Below are positions 1 to 9,839 of a stretch of DNA of 63,720 nt, piece by piece. The stretch spans positions 1 through 63,720 of the forward strand of contig DVNC01000050.1 in NCBI GenBank assembly GCA_018714685.1, written 5' to 3'. Position 1 is the stretch's first letter. Each line of letters begins with the position of its first letter. The notes beneath the pieces are model-generated. The model saw only the letters and a list, made by a program, of their open reading frames with translations. It searched no databases and had not been told where the DNA came from. The translations under genes and the position numbers were made by a program. Source of the stretch: Candidatus Scatocola faecipullorum. Its GTDB lineage: Bacteria > Pseudomonadota > Alphaproteobacteria > RF32 > CAG-239.

Positions 1-60
1 ATACAACAGGAATGCGCACAGGTTATGTCAGCTGGTTTGCCGTCGGTTATTGAAGCATAA

Positions 61-89
61 AAAAATCCCCTCTTTTGAGGGGATTTTTT
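61..89. terminator. Intrinsic terminator downstream of fmt
   Basis: AAAAATCCCCTC-TTTT-GAGGGGATTTTTT hairpin with A/T tails on both sides. Confidence 0.75.
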
Positions 90-98
90 GAAAGTTCT

Positions 99-1010
99 TT
101 ACTCAACTCTGCCGCAGAAATTCATTCCGCGCAAAAGCTCCTCCGTCGGCATTTTTTTCTTTCCCTGACGTTGGATTTCCGTTACTTCCAGCGCCTTGTC
201 TCCGCAGGCAATGACCAACCGCCCGGCTCCGTCCAAAATTGCACCGGCCTCACCGCTCTCGTCAACTACTTTAGCACGCAGAATCTTATAACGTTCACCA
301 CCGTATTCAAAATAAACCGCCGGATACGGATTAAAAGCCCGTATTTTACGCTCCAGAACCTCTGCCGGCATCGAAAAATCCAGTCTGCTCTCCGCCTTGT
401 CAATTTTGGCGGCATAAGTCACTAAACGTTCGTCTTGCGGTTCCGCATGAAGATTTTGCCAATTATCCAAAGCTTTCACAATCAACTCGGCTCCCAGTCC
501 GGCCATCGCGTCATGCAGCGTCTCCCCGGTGGTTTCCGCCGTAATCGGAACCGAGCCTTTAAGCAGCATATCGCCGGCATCCAACTTTTCAACCACCTTC
601 ATAATCGTAATGCCGCTTTCATTGTCTCCGGCTTCAATCGCCCGCTGAATCGGCGCCGCACCGCGCCACCGCGGCAGCAAAGAGCCGTGAATATTGATGC
701 AGCCCAGAGGAAAAGCCTCAATCACGGCTTGCGGCAAAATCAGCCCGTAAGCAGCCACCACCGAAATGTCTGCCTGCAAAGCCTTCAATTCAGCCTGAGC
801 TTCGGCACTGCGCAGCGTTTTCGGCGTCCGTACCAAAATTCCGTGCGCCTCGGCAAATTCATGCACCGGTGACTTGGTCAGCTTTTTGCCGCGACCGGCT
901 TCCTGCGGTTCCCGCGTATAAACGCATACCACTTCATGCCTGGCAGCCAAAGCCTCCAGCGCTTTTACCGCAAAATCAGGCGTTCCCATAAAAACTATTT
1001 TCATTTTCAA
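99..1010 (-). CDS. fmt: Methionyl-tRNA formyltransferase
   Basis: IVFMGTPDFA N-terminus, INIHGSLLPRWRGAAPIQRAI motif; overlaps def stop. Confidence 0.98.
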   Translation of the reverse strand: MKMKIVFMGTPDFAVKALEALAARHEVVCVYTREPQEAGRGKKLTKSPVHEFAEAHGILVRTPKTLRSAEAQAELKALQADISVVAAYGLILPQAVIEAFPLGCINIHGSLLPRWRGAAPIQRAIEAGDNESGITIMKVVEKLDAGDMLLKGSVPITAETTGETLHDAMAGLGAELIVKALDNWQNLHAEPQDERLVTYAAKIDKAESRLDFSMPAEVLERKIRAFNPYPAVYFEYGGERYKILRAKVVDESGEAGAILDGAGRLVIACGDKALEVTEIQRQGKKKMPTEELLRGMNFCGRVE

Positions 1011-1531
1011 CTTTCTTCACGATGTTTTTTCAGCTTTTTCAGCAGCATATTGCGTTTCAGCCGGCTGATACGGTCAATATAAAGAATACCGTCCAAATGA
1101 TCCAGTTCATGCTGAATAACAATGGCTAAAAAGTCATCGGCCAGAATTTCCTGTTCTTTGCCCTCATAATCAAGATAATGTACCCGCACCTGCGCATGGC
1201 GCTCGACCTCTGCCCGCTGATCGGGAACCGACAGACAGCCCTCCTCGCCGCAAACCTTTTCCTCTGACCGCCAGATAATTTCAGGATTAATCAGATACAT
1301 CGGCTTGCCCGTCCGGTGTCCGGCGCCGTCATCTTCCTGCTCGGCATCAATCACCACAACGCGTTTGGACACACCGACCTGCGGCGCCGCCAAACCGACG
1401 CCCACGGCTTCATACATTGTCTCCAGCATATCATCAAGAAAACGGCGCAGCTCATCGTCAACTTTTTCGACTTTGGCGGCTTTTTGCTTTAATATCGGAT
1501 GCGGATACTCATATACTTTTAACTTTGCCAT
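1007..1531 (-). CDS. def: Peptide deformylase
   Basis: GVGLAAPQVG, EGCLS, QHELDHL metal motifs. Confidence 0.98.
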   Translation of the reverse strand: MAKLKVYEYPHPILKQKAAKVEKVDDELRRFLDDMLETMYEAVGVGLAAPQVGVSKRVVVIDAEQEDDGAGHRTGKPMYLINPEIIWRSEEKVCGEEGCLSVPDQRAEVERHAQVRVHYLDYEGKEQEILADDFLAIVIQHELDHLDGILYIDRISRLKRNMLLKKLKKHREES

Positions 1532-1552
1532 CTTATCCAGCTTTCAACTTAA

Positions 1553-2080
1553 CTACACGGAGGCGTCTTTTGCCTCTGCATCCTTATTGACGTCATCGCG
1601 CACGGCATGTGCCACCTGATCCAGCAAAGCATTGACCATTTTTGGCTCCTGCTTGGTAAAAAAGGCATAGGCCAAATCAACATATTCTTTAATAATAACT
1701 TTAGCATCAATGTCTAAAGTCGTTGTAATTTCATAAATTGCGCAGAGGAGCAAAGCGCGCAGTGTCTCGTCCATGCGTTCCAGCGTCCAGCCTTTTGCCA
1801 AATAGGAACTCAGCGATTTTTCAATATCTTCCTTGCGGGCATGCACGCCTTTAACCAAATCGGCAAAATAAGCGCTGTCCATTTCATGAACCGGAACCAT
1901 CTCTTCCTTGTCCATTGATTTTTCGGCAATCACATAACGCCCGACCTTCCCGTCAACAAAATCTTTGATAACTTCCTCAACCGGGTTTTCCGTCACCGCG
2001 ATGACATAAGTTGCCTGAACGGCAGCCAAACGCGCTTCGGTTTTCATTCTGATTTTTTCAGAAATATATTTTTTTGCCAT
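1553..2080 (-). CDS. nusB: Transcription antitermination factor NusB
   Basis: ARLAAVQA.Y, IIKEYVDLA..F, MVNALLDQVA; start moved to MAKKY (2080). Confidence 0.9.
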   Translation of the reverse strand: MAKKYISEKIRMKTEARLAAVQATYVIAVTENPVEEVIKDFVDGKVGRYVIAEKSMDKEEMVPVHEMDSAYFADLVKGVHARKEDIEKSLSSYLAKGWTLERMDETLRALLLCAIYEITTTLDIDAKVIIKEYVDLAYAFFTKQEPKMVNALLDQVAHAVRDDVNKDAEAKDASV

Positions 2081-2081
2081 T

Positions 2082-2570
2082 TTAGTCTTCCTTTTTAACC
2101 GCACCGGCTTCCGAATTCGCCAGTTTATCTATTGTTTCCACAAATTCCTCAAAATCTTTGACTTCCCGGAAATCCTTATATACCGACGCAAACCGGATAT
2201 AAGCGATATGATCGAGCTTTGACAGCGCTTCCATCACATATTCGCCGATGAGCACCGAAGGAATTTCCGTTTCGCCGGAACTCTCCAGCCGCCGCTGAAT
2301 CGAATTGACGATTTTTTCCACCCGCTCAATATCCACCGGACGCTTGCGCACGGCCAGCAAAATGGAATGTTCCAGCTTATCGCGGTCAAACATCACCTTT
2401 TCGCCATTTTTTTTAACCACAATCAAATCCCGCAGTTGGATTCGTTCAAACGTGGTAAAACGCGACCCGCATTCCGGACACTCGCGGCGGCGGCGGATAG
2501 CGGTGTTGTCCTCGGCATTTCGGGAATCTTTAACCTGCGTATCGTCACACCCGCAAAAAGGACATTTCAT
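2082..2570 (-). CDS. nrdR: Transcriptional repressor NrdR
   Basis: MKCPFC...[17 protein letters not shown] zinc ribbon, ATP cone, AYIRFASVY; start at MKCP (2570). Confidence 0.97.
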   Translation of the reverse strand: MKCPFCGCDDTQVKDSRNAEDNTAIRRRRECPECGSRFTTFERIQLRDLIVVKKNGEKVMFDRDKLEHSILLAVRKRPVDIERVEKIVNSIQRRLESSGETEIPSVLIGEYVMEALSKLDHIAYIRFASVYKDFREVKDFEEFVETIDKLANSEAGAVKKED

Positions 2571-2771
2571 GCTAAACCTCCCGGGATTAATAACATCTTG
2601 TCTCTTTATAAGGATAATGTGCTTATTTTGCAATAGCTTATTTTCACTCTTTTTAAAAAGAAACAGACTTTGCGGGAATTTTGTCTATTGCGCTTTTGAA
2701 AAAAATATGATACGACTGAAAACAAATGCTATTATTTTCCTTATTGTTAAACCCTTTAAAACTTACAAATT

Positions 2772-3443
2772 ATGAAAAAGTTTTATTTTCTGGCTCTTGC
2801 AGCCCTGGTTTTGAGTTTGGCCTCCTGCGGCCCGAAAGTGATTGAGAAGAAGTTTGAAAAAACAAACTTTGCCACGGTAACGGTGGAGGGTTCAGGCAAA
2901 TACGGCGTCAAGGACGTTGTTTCCGGCCGGGAAATCCTTCCCCAAAGCTTCGACAACATCGGTTACTACTACAGCGGATTTTTTACCGCTAAGGACAACA
3001 CCGGCGTTCAGCTTTTCGACGAAGCCGGCAAATGCGTCATTCCCGCCCAAGAACAAATCAGCGCCAAAGAAGGCTATTTCGAATTTACCAAAGGCGACAC
3101 CAAAGGCTTTTATTTCATCAAGGAAAAGAGCACCGTCTCCGGCGTTTACAACAAATTTGAAATTGACGCCGCCGGCAACATTTCTTTCGTGAAAGACGGC
3201 AAATACGGCGTTCTGAACAAAAAAGGCGAAATTGTCATTCCCGGCGAATATGAATTAATTCTATGGGACGGCAAAAACTACAATGCGGCCAAAAACAAAA
3301 ACGACAAGCGGCCGTATTTTGACGCCAAAACCAAACGTTTCAACTGGTACCTGGCTGAAGCCGCCGTTTTTGACGCTGACGGCAAGCTGGTGAAAAAACT
3401 CACCGCGCCGCAAGCCAAAAAAATTTTTGAAGCCAAAAAATAG
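2772..3443 (+). CDS. Lipoprotein with WG-repeat-like motifs
   Basis: Lipobox LASC after hydrophobic signal; GKYGV...G..I.P repeats (GKYGVKDVVSGREILP, GKYGVLNKKGEIVIP). Confidence 0.7.
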   Translation: MKKFYFLALAALVLSLASCGPKVIEKKFEKTNFATVTVEGSGKYGVKDVVSGREILPQSFDNIGYYYSGFFTAKDNTGVQLFDEAGKCVIPAQEQISAKEGYFEFTKGDTKGFYFIKEKSTVSGVYNKFEIDAAGNISFVKDGKYGVLNKKGEIVIPGEYELILWDGKNYNAAKNKNDKRPYFDAKTKRFNWYLAEAAVFDADGKLVKKLTAPQAKKIFEAKK

Positions 3444-3462
3444 ACGGCTTCAAAACGCTCTG

Positions 3463-3500
3463 AAAAAACACCTCCCGCCTCTCCGGCCGGAGGTGTTTTT
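3463..3500. terminator. Bidirectional terminator between lipoprotein gene and glyA
   Basis: AAAAACACCTCC...GGAGGTGTTTTT inverted repeat between convergent genes. Confidence 0.65.
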
Positions 3501-3541
3501 GTTTGTCCGTTTCAGACAGCAAAACCCGATATACAAGTTTT

Positions 3542-4798
3542 TTAACCGTAAATCGGAAACAGTTCACATAAGGCAATAACCTTTTGGCGGATATCGGCAA
3601 TCACTTCTTCCGCATCACCGGCAGCCAAGGCATCAATAATATCGCCGATCCAATTGGCAATAACCTCAAACTCTGTCTCTTTGAAACCGCGTGTCGTTCC
3701 GGCCGGTGTTCCGACACGAATGCCCGAAGTCACCTTCGGCGGCATCGGATCAAACGGAATGGCGTTTTTATTGCAGGTAATGTTGGCGCGCTCCAGAGCG
3801 GCGGCAACCACATCGCCGGTCAGTTTTTTCGGCCGCAGATCAACCAACAGCAAATGCGTATCCGTGCCGCCGGAAACCAAATCCAGACCGCGGGCCTGCA
3901 AGACCTCGCCCATTTTCTGCGCATTTTTAACCACCTGTGCCGCATAGTCCTTAAACTGCGGCGTGAGATCTTCTCCGAAACAAACTGCCTTGGCGGCAAT
4001 CACATGCATCAGCGGGCCGCCCTGAGTTCCCGGGAAAATCGCCGAATTGATTTTTTTTGCAATATCTTCATTGTTAGTCAAAATCATGCCGCCGCGGGGA
4101 CCGCGCAAAGTCTTGTGCGTCGTTGTTGTTACCACATCGGCATATTCCAGCGGATTCGGGTAAACGCCACCGGCAACCAGACCGGCAAAATGCGCCATAT
4201 CCACCATCAGATAAGCTCCGACTTTATCGGCAATTTCCCGAAAACGCTTAAAATCAATCCGCCGCGGATAAGCCGACCCGCCCGCGATAATCAATTTGGG
4301 CTTGTTTTCCAAAGCCAGGCGCTCAACCCCGTCATAATCAATCAGCCCGGTCTCTTTACAAACGCCGTATTGAACCGCCTGCAGCCATTTTCCCGAAAAA
4401 GAAACCTTTGAACCGTGCGTCAGATGTCCGCCCGCATCCAGCGACATACCCATAATCACGTCGCATGGTTTCAGCAGCGCAACATAAACAGCCGTATTGG
4501 CCTGACTTCCCGAATGCGGCTGAACATTGGCAAACTGCGCGTTAAACAACTTTTTAGCCCGTTCAATCGCCAGATTTTCCACCACGTCAACACATTCACA
4601 GCCGCCGTAATAACGGTGCGCGGGATAACCTTCCGCATATTTGTTGGTCATAATCGATCCCTGCGCTTCCAACACTGCATTGGAAACAATATTCTCCGAG
4701 GCAATCAGTTCAATCTGATTCTGTTGGCGTTTCAGCTCACATTCAATTGCATCAAAAACCGCTTTGTCTTCGCTTTGCAAATTTTCTTCAAAATCCAT
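3542..4798 (-). CDS. glyA: Serine hydroxymethyltransferase
   Basis: [36 protein letters not shown] motif; start at MDFEEN (4798). Confidence 0.98.
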   Translation of the reverse strand: MDFEENLQSEDKAVFDAIECELKRQQNQIELIASENIVSNAVLEAQGSIMTNKYAEGYPAHRYYGGCECVDVVENLAIERAKKLFNAQFANVQPHSGSQANTAVYVALLKPCDVIMGMSLDAGGHLTHGSKVSFSGKWLQAVQYGVCKETGLIDYDGVERLALENKPKLIIAGGSAYPRRIDFKRFREIADKVGAYLMVDMAHFAGLVAGGVYPNPLEYADVVTTTTHKTLRGPRGGMILTNNEDIAKKINSAIFPGTQGGPLMHVIAAKAVCFGEDLTPQFKDYAAQVVKNAQKMGEVLQARGLDLVSGGTDTHLLLVDLRPKKLTGDVVAAALERANITCNKNAIPFDPMPPKVTSGIRVGTPAGTTRGFKETEFEVIANWIGDIIDALAAGDAEEVIADIRQKVIALCELFPIYG

Positions 4799-4808
4799 AT
4801 AGTCCTCC

Positions 4809-5237
4809 CTATTCGTCCAACTTAGAGATGCGGCGTTCATGCCGGCCGCCGTCAAAAGCCGTCTGCAAAAAGATATCCATCCGCCGGGCAGCCTCGGCAA
4901 AAGTCATGGTCCGGCCGCCGAAAACGGCAATGTTCGCATTGTTATGCTGCCGAGCCAAAGCCGCAACCTCATCACTGTACAGAATTGCCGCACGAATACC
5001 CCGGCAGCGATTGGCAGCAATTGAAATGCCAATACCCGTTCCGCAAATCAGAATACCGGTCTCCGCCTCACCGGACAATATCCGGTCACACATCGCCTTC
5101 GCAATATCGGGATAATCGCAAGACTCGGACGAATATGTCCCCAAATCATCCAGTTTAGTCCCTTTTCCGGCATAATATTCTTTCAGCTGTTCCTTTAAAT
5201 CAAATCCGCCGTGGTCGGAAGCAATTGCAATCTTCAT
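4809..5237 (-). CDS. rpiB: Ribose-5-phosphate isomerase B
   Basis: [31 protein letters not shown]. Confidence 0.97.
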   Translation of the reverse strand: MKIAIASDHGGFDLKEQLKEYYAGKGTKLDDLGTYSSESCDYPDIAKAMCDRILSGEAETGILICGTGIGISIAANRCRGIRAAILYSDEVAALARQHNNANIAVFGGRTMTFAEAARRMDIFLQTAFDGGRHERRISKLDE

Positions 5238-5391
5238 TCTGCCCTCCTTTGCAAAATTTTCCTTATCATAAAAGATAAGCGCAGTTTTGCAATGTTAAAT
5301 TATTTCCATGCACAAAAGCGCGGGATGAAAGCCGTAAGAATCTGATTTTTAAACAAATTAAAAAAAAGTGCAAAATAATATAAAAAAGTTA

Positions 5392-5419
5392 TTGACGAGA
5401 ACTAAAAAGTTTGTATATA
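5392..5419 (+). promoter_or_regulatory. Probable sigma70 promoter for tRNA-Cys/Asn
   Basis: TTGACG-N16-TATATA with upstream A-rich UP-like tract. Confidence 0.45.
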
Positions 5420-5466
5420 TAGAGGACGTTGAGTGAATGAGGAACTCAAGTTGAGGTATCCCGATT

Positions 5467-5541
5467 GGCCGGTTGGCAGAGTGGCTCATGCAGAGGACTG
5501 CAAATCCTTGTACATCGGTTCAATTCCGGTACCGGCCTCCA
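5467..5541 (+). tRNA. tRNA-Cys(GCA)
   Basis: GGCCGGT/ACCGGCC acceptor stem, GAGGA-CTGCAAA-TCCTT anticodon arm, GGTTCAATTCC T-arm, CCA. Confidence 0.97.
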
Positions 5542-5568
5542 AAATTCATTCGTTACCGCATTTATTAT

Positions 5569-5643
5569 TCCGGCTTAGCTCAGCGGTAGAGCAATCGGCT
5601 GTTAACCGATTGGTCGCCTGTTCGAATCAGGCAGCCGGAGCCA
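5569..5643 (+). tRNA. tRNA-Asn(GTT)
   Basis: TAGCTCAGCGGTAGAGC D-arm, ATCGG-CTGTTAA-CCGAT, GCCTG-TTCGAAT-CAGGC, CCA. Confidence 0.97.
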
Positions 5644-5921
5644 ATAAAAAAACCTCCCTCTGGGAGGTTTTTTTATTGGTTATGACTGCCTTGCCTAGAA
5701 CAACGACTGCCTGTTCGTATCAGGCTCGAGGATAAAAACAACCGCTGCTCCGGTTGTTTTTACCGCAAGAGACGTAGCTTTGCCAGGATATAAGTGCTCT
5801 CGCAGCACGATATATCCGCTGCAAAGCAAGTGACCGACGCGCAGTTAGTGAGTGCTCCCGCACGAACTTACTAAGCTAGAGCCGGAGCCAATAAAAAAAC
5901 CTCCCTCTGGGAGGTTTTTTT
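5633..5921 (+). repeat. tRNA-linked direct repeat (42 bp: tRNA 3' end + terminator) enclosing a palindromic insert
   Basis: AGCCGGAGCCAATAAAAAAACCTCCCTCTGGGAGGTTTTTTT identical at 5633-5674 and 5880-5921; T-arm copy GCCTGTTCGtATCAGGC at 5709-5725. Confidence 0.9.
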
Positions 5922-5982
5922 TAACCGTGACTTCCTTCTGAGCCGGAAATCCAAAGGGAACCTGTCCGAAGCGGATTGTTAG

Positions 5983-6954
5983 CTATTTTTCAAACTCACA
6001 TTTATCCGGAAACATTCTGCTTAGCAACTCATACGCTCTTTCCCGATGTTCATCTGTAGTCATCATATCGTCATTAATACAAAAAACACATGGCTTAGGA
6101 TTTTTGAAAAAACGATCAACATCTATTTTGCGCAAGCAAGAATAATAAGCAGCCTGCCGCGGAAAAAAACGATATCTGATCCTATTCAGCCATTTTTTCA
6201 CACCGGAAAAACAGACACTCCCGGAAAGCTCCCTGTTATCAATTACAATGAATGGCGCTTTATTATGCCATACTTCGTACAAAGAAACACACCACCGCAT
6301 AATATCATCAGAACAACGAAAACGGTTTCGCCTTGTTCGGGTTGTTTCTTGAGAAAAAATATCATAAACCTCTCTATATACACTTTTACGATAAGCATCA
6401 ATATTATGATAAGGTTTGGCTTCAAAGCCGATTCTACACTTTTGCCCAACAAGTTCAAAACATTTTTGTATCAAAAGACTATACCTGTCGCCCTGATTCA
6501 CAAAAGGCACACTCATACGAGAAATCGGAAAATTTTTAGAAAAAAAGAAATCCGGATCAACTTTACGTCCGAAAAAAGTATCATCATTGGCCAACAAAAA
6601 ATGTTCTGACAATCCCCTGATATTATGTATCCCGGTTTCAATAGCCATAGAATTAAAAGTAGGTAAAACCTCTCGGGGCAAAATATCCTCATGATTAACC
6701 AACGTAATTTTAGGATGTTCAACATTTAACCATGAAGGAATTTGATGATCAGTAATCAGATAAATATGATTAACCCAAGGAACAAACTTTGCAACCGAAC
6801 GCATAGAAAACAGCAATTCATTATTATTAATAAATCTGCAATCAGCTGCCGCTGTTTTTTCAATACAATCATATTGCTGAAATCTTTTTCGCTTGGCACT
6901 CCACTCTTCATCAGTAGAATCACACCACAAATAAACCAAATCAATTTTAGTCAT
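5983..6954 (-). CDS. Stealth family (CpsY-like) hexose-1-phosphotransferase
   Basis: IDLVYLWCD (CR1), ELLFSMRSV..FVPWV.HIYLIT, LPTFNS.AIE, FLLANDD.FF (CR2), FCINDD (CR4); AT-rich; start at MTKID (6954). Confidence 0.9.
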   Translation of the reverse strand: MTKIDLVYLWCDSTDEEWSAKRKRFQQYDCIEKTAAADCRFINNNELLFSMRSVAKFVPWVNHIYLITDHQIPSWLNVEHPKITLVNHEDILPREVLPTFNSMAIETGIHNIRGLSEHFLLANDDTFFGRKVDPDFFFSKNFPISRMSVPFVNQGDRYSLLIQKCFELVGQKCRIGFEAKPYHNIDAYRKSVYREVYDIFSQETTRTRRNRFRCSDDIMRWCVSLYEVWHNKAPFIVIDNRELSGSVCFSGVKKWLNRIRYRFFPRQAAYYSCLRKIDVDRFFKNPKPCVFCINDDMMTTDEHRERAYELLSRMFPDKCEFEK

Positions 6955-7033
6955 AAGAAAATTCTCCTTTAGACTAAAATTAACACGGCTCCTTGAAATA
7001 ATTAATACAAAATATTTTTTTATCAACGACTTT

Positions 7034-7447
7034 CTAAAAAAACCAATAATGCAAAGCTTGCTCCAAATCGGCAAAATTCTCAATAACTGTCATTCCCTGC
7101 CGCTCACGTATCTGATATTCCTCCTGCGCGGCATCATAGACCAGCCAATCAAAATCATTTGTTCCCAGCAAAATCATCTCGCCGAAGACATCCGAATTAT
7201 AACGTTCGTTCTGCGTTACAACATCCTCCAGCCCCGGCCAGGATTCCGGCATCACTCCGAACAACAAAGCCCGATCGGAAAAAGCACCGTTCACATATCG
7301 CAGCAAGGCAACATAATCCGGCGGCAGCGCACAACGCTCTTCTGCGGCCAAATACTTCTTGCAATCATCCAGATAACGGGGATTAACCGCCTCTCCGCAC
7401 CAAACGTCCTCATCTTGCATAAGCTGCCGGGCGATATCTTTTATCAA
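7034..7447 (-). CDS. SMI1/KNR4 (SUKH, YrhA-like) immunity protein
   Basis: LPPDYVALLRYVNG motif; LLGTNDFDWLVYD strands; TTG start at 7447 behind GGAG, overlapping upstream ORF end. Confidence 0.75.
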   Translation of the reverse strand: MIKDIARQLMQDEDVWCGEAVNPRYLDDCKKYLAAEERCALPPDYVALLRYVNGAFSDRALLFGVMPESWPGLEDVVTQNERYNSDVFGEMILLGTNDFDWLVYDAAQEEYQIRERQGMTVIENFADLEQALHYWFF

Positions 7448-8975
7448 TGTTTTTCTCCTTTTTAGCCGGGGATTTTGCTTTTTCATTGGTTATTGCAAAA
7501 TCTTTTATCTCTCCGCGGATATTGTCTTCCGCCTTATACCCCATACTGACGGTCCAGTACTTCCCGTCATTTTGGTTGTCATATCTCGTATCGACCAGAT
7601 ATTCAATAAAATCGGAATCTTGCTCATCGCCGGCCAAAACATTTTCATAAAGCTGGTCGCCGTTGCCGAGTTCGCCATGCGCCTTGCGGATAACGGCATC
7701 GGCCTCGTGCCAAATGTCATGCTGCGGCGTATCGTTGGACCAATCGTCGACTGATTTGAATTCGGCAATTCCAACATAATTCTTCTGACTGTTTGCCTTG
7801 CCGCCCAGATATTGAATCGCCCATTTATGATGCAGGGAAAAAAACGGAATAACCCCTTTAAACTTCTTTCGGTCAACTTTGGGATTCGGCCGGCCTTCGT
7901 TTAAAATGCTCGGCAGCAGCACGTCAATATATTCCTGAGAAACGCCGTGTTTCAGCAAAGAGTCGCAAAATTTTTTCTGAGCTTCCGGCGTCGGAATGGC
8001 ATTATATTTCCAAAAAAACGCTTTATGACGGCTGTCCAGCCCGGGAACCACGTCTTCCAGCGCAAGAATATTTCCTCTTCCCGGATGATACGGCTCCTTG
8101 CCATACTCATTGAACAAAATGCGCCCAAAATCCGCCACTTTCATTTTCGGCAACAATTCAGGCGGAACGCCCTGTCGGGCCATTGCCTCACGCAAAGGCA
8201 TTTCAATTGACGACAGCATCGTCGTCCGGCAGCAGGCCTGCCATGCCTTGCTTCGGCTGAAATCATAGCTGAACGGCGAAATATCAATCCGCGACCGGGA
8301 CGGACGACGGCTGAAATCTCTGTATGCTTCCGAATAAGGATTATAACGTTTCAGCTGTTCAACCCCGGGAATCTGAAAAAATCCGTTAAAATCAGCCCGG
8401 GTCGCTTTTATTTCGTCTTCGCTTGCTTTCGTATATGGTTTACACTCGATTTTTTTATGAAAATAAGCCAGAAAGTCATTCGTCTTCGCCCGGTTATAGT
8501 CACTGCGATTCTGTTGATAATTGCGCACGGCCAGCTTAATCAGCGCATTCAGTTCGCTTTGCGGCTTATTGTCGATATATTCCTGAAGCTTAGCCCGTTC
8601 TTCGTCATTTTTGACCGTATGAATCAAATGGGTAATCTTTTTAATTTCCTCGGACTGCAACACATCCCGAACATAATTTCCCAGCTTGCGGCCAAAATAA
8701 ACATTATAGCTCTCACAGTAATTGTTAAACAAAGCTTCCATGTTATTTTTACAGCCGAGGTCAACCAGCTTCAGTTGTGCAAACAACTGCTGAAATTCTG
8801 AACGATAGCCGTTCAGCAGCGTGTTAATCCGCCGCTTTTCCGCCTCGTCGGAACAGGCCCGGCGCCGCTCTTGCAAACGTTGAAATGCACCAAACGCTGC
8901 ATCAAACTTGTTCAAAAGCGCAACCCGTTCCTGATTAGGCAAATCCGATCGGCTGATTCGAGGTCTTTTTCCCAT
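7410..8975 (-). CDS. Large hypothetical protein with C-terminal HNH-like nuclease motif (putative toxin)
   Basis: SLHHKWAIQYLGGKANSQKNYV...QHDIWH; helical N-terminus; immediately followed by SMI1 gene; start at MGKRP (8975). Confidence 0.65.
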   Translation of the reverse strand: MGKRPRISRSDLPNQERVALLNKFDAAFGAFQRLQERRRACSDEAEKRRINTLLNGYRSEFQQLFAQLKLVDLGCKNNMEALFNNYCESYNVYFGRKLGNYVRDVLQSEEIKKITHLIHTVKNDEERAKLQEYIDNKPQSELNALIKLAVRNYQQNRSDYNRAKTNDFLAYFHKKIECKPYTKASEDEIKATRADFNGFFQIPGVEQLKRYNPYSEAYRDFSRRPSRSRIDISPFSYDFSRSKAWQACCRTTMLSSIEMPLREAMARQGVPPELLPKMKVADFGRILFNEYGKEPYHPGRGNILALEDVVPGLDSRHKAFFWKYNAIPTPEAQKKFCDSLLKHGVSQEYIDVLLPSILNEGRPNPKVDRKKFKGVIPFFSLHHKWAIQYLGGKANSQKNYVGIAEFKSVDDWSNDTPQHDIWHEADAVIRKAHGELGNGDQLYENVLAGDEQDSDFIEYLVDTRYDNQNDGKYWTVSMGYKAEDNIRGEIKDFAITNEKAKSPAKKEKNIDKRYRPAAYAR

Positions 8976-9104
8976 AACATTCTCTTTTTTGTCGTTTATT
9001 TGTCTATAAAATACCACATTATGGTAAAGATTTCTATAAAAAAATGCAGACAGAAACAAAAAAAGCGCTATATTAAAGGCAAATGCCACACAAGGAGATG
9101 AACA

Positions 9105-9839
9105 ATGTCACGCCTTTATAAAAATATCGTCATTCTGACCGGAGCCGGAATTTCCGCAGAGTCCGGCCTGGCAACCTTCCGCAGTTCCAACGGTTTATGG
9201 AACAACCATCGCGTTGAAGACGTTGCCTCCGTCGAAGGCTTTCAGCGCAATCCTGCCCTCGTGCACGATTTTTACAATGAACTGAAAATTGAAATTCAAA
9301 AGGCCAAACCAAACCCGGCACATCTCGCCATCACTAAACTGCAAAAAGAATACCCGGGCACCGTCAGCGTTATCACCCAAAACGTTGACACCTTGCACGA
9401 AAAAGCCGGAAATACAAATATCTGCCATATTCACGGACAAATCAACCAGGCCGTCTGCCTTAACTGCGGCCATATCTTGGAAACTTTCGGCGATGTCGAT
9501 ACTGAAACAACCTGCCCTCAATGCGGTATCAGCGGCATGATGAAACCGAATATTGTCTTCTTCGGAGAAAATCTGCTCTGTATGGACAAGGTCGAACAAC
9601 TGCTGCAAAACTGCGACTTATTTATTTCCGTCGGAACTTCCGGCGTCGTTTTTCCCGCCGCAGCCTTTGTGCAGACAGCCAAATACCATGGCGCCGACAC
9701 CTGGGAATTTACACTCGAACCAACCGCCAACAACTATTACTTCGACCACCATATCTACGGCCCGGCCGGACAAACCCTGCCCCCGTTCGTCGATAATCTC
9801 ATCAGAGAATCCCACCCTGAGAACGGACTTCCGCTATAA
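9105..9839 (+). CDS. cobB: NAD-dependent protein deacylase (Sir2)
   Basis: LTGAGISAESG..TFR, TQNVDTLHE.AG, HIHG, two CxxC, KPNIVFFGE, GTSG. Confidence 0.96.
   Translation: MSRLYKNIVILTGAGISAESGLATFRSSNGLWNNHRVEDVASVEGFQRNPALVHDFYNELKIEIQKAKPNPAHLAITKLQKEYPGTVSVITQNVDTLHEKAGNTNICHIHGQINQAVCLNCGHILETFGDVDTETTCPQCGISGMMKPNIVFFGENLLCMDKVEQLLQNCDLFISVGTSGVVFPAAAFVQTAKYHGADTWEFTLEPTANNYYFDHHIYGPAGQTLPPFVDNLIRESHPENGLPL

Noticed and set aside
5433-5735. 100-aa ORF
   Set aside because: Overlaps two tRNA genes; spurious
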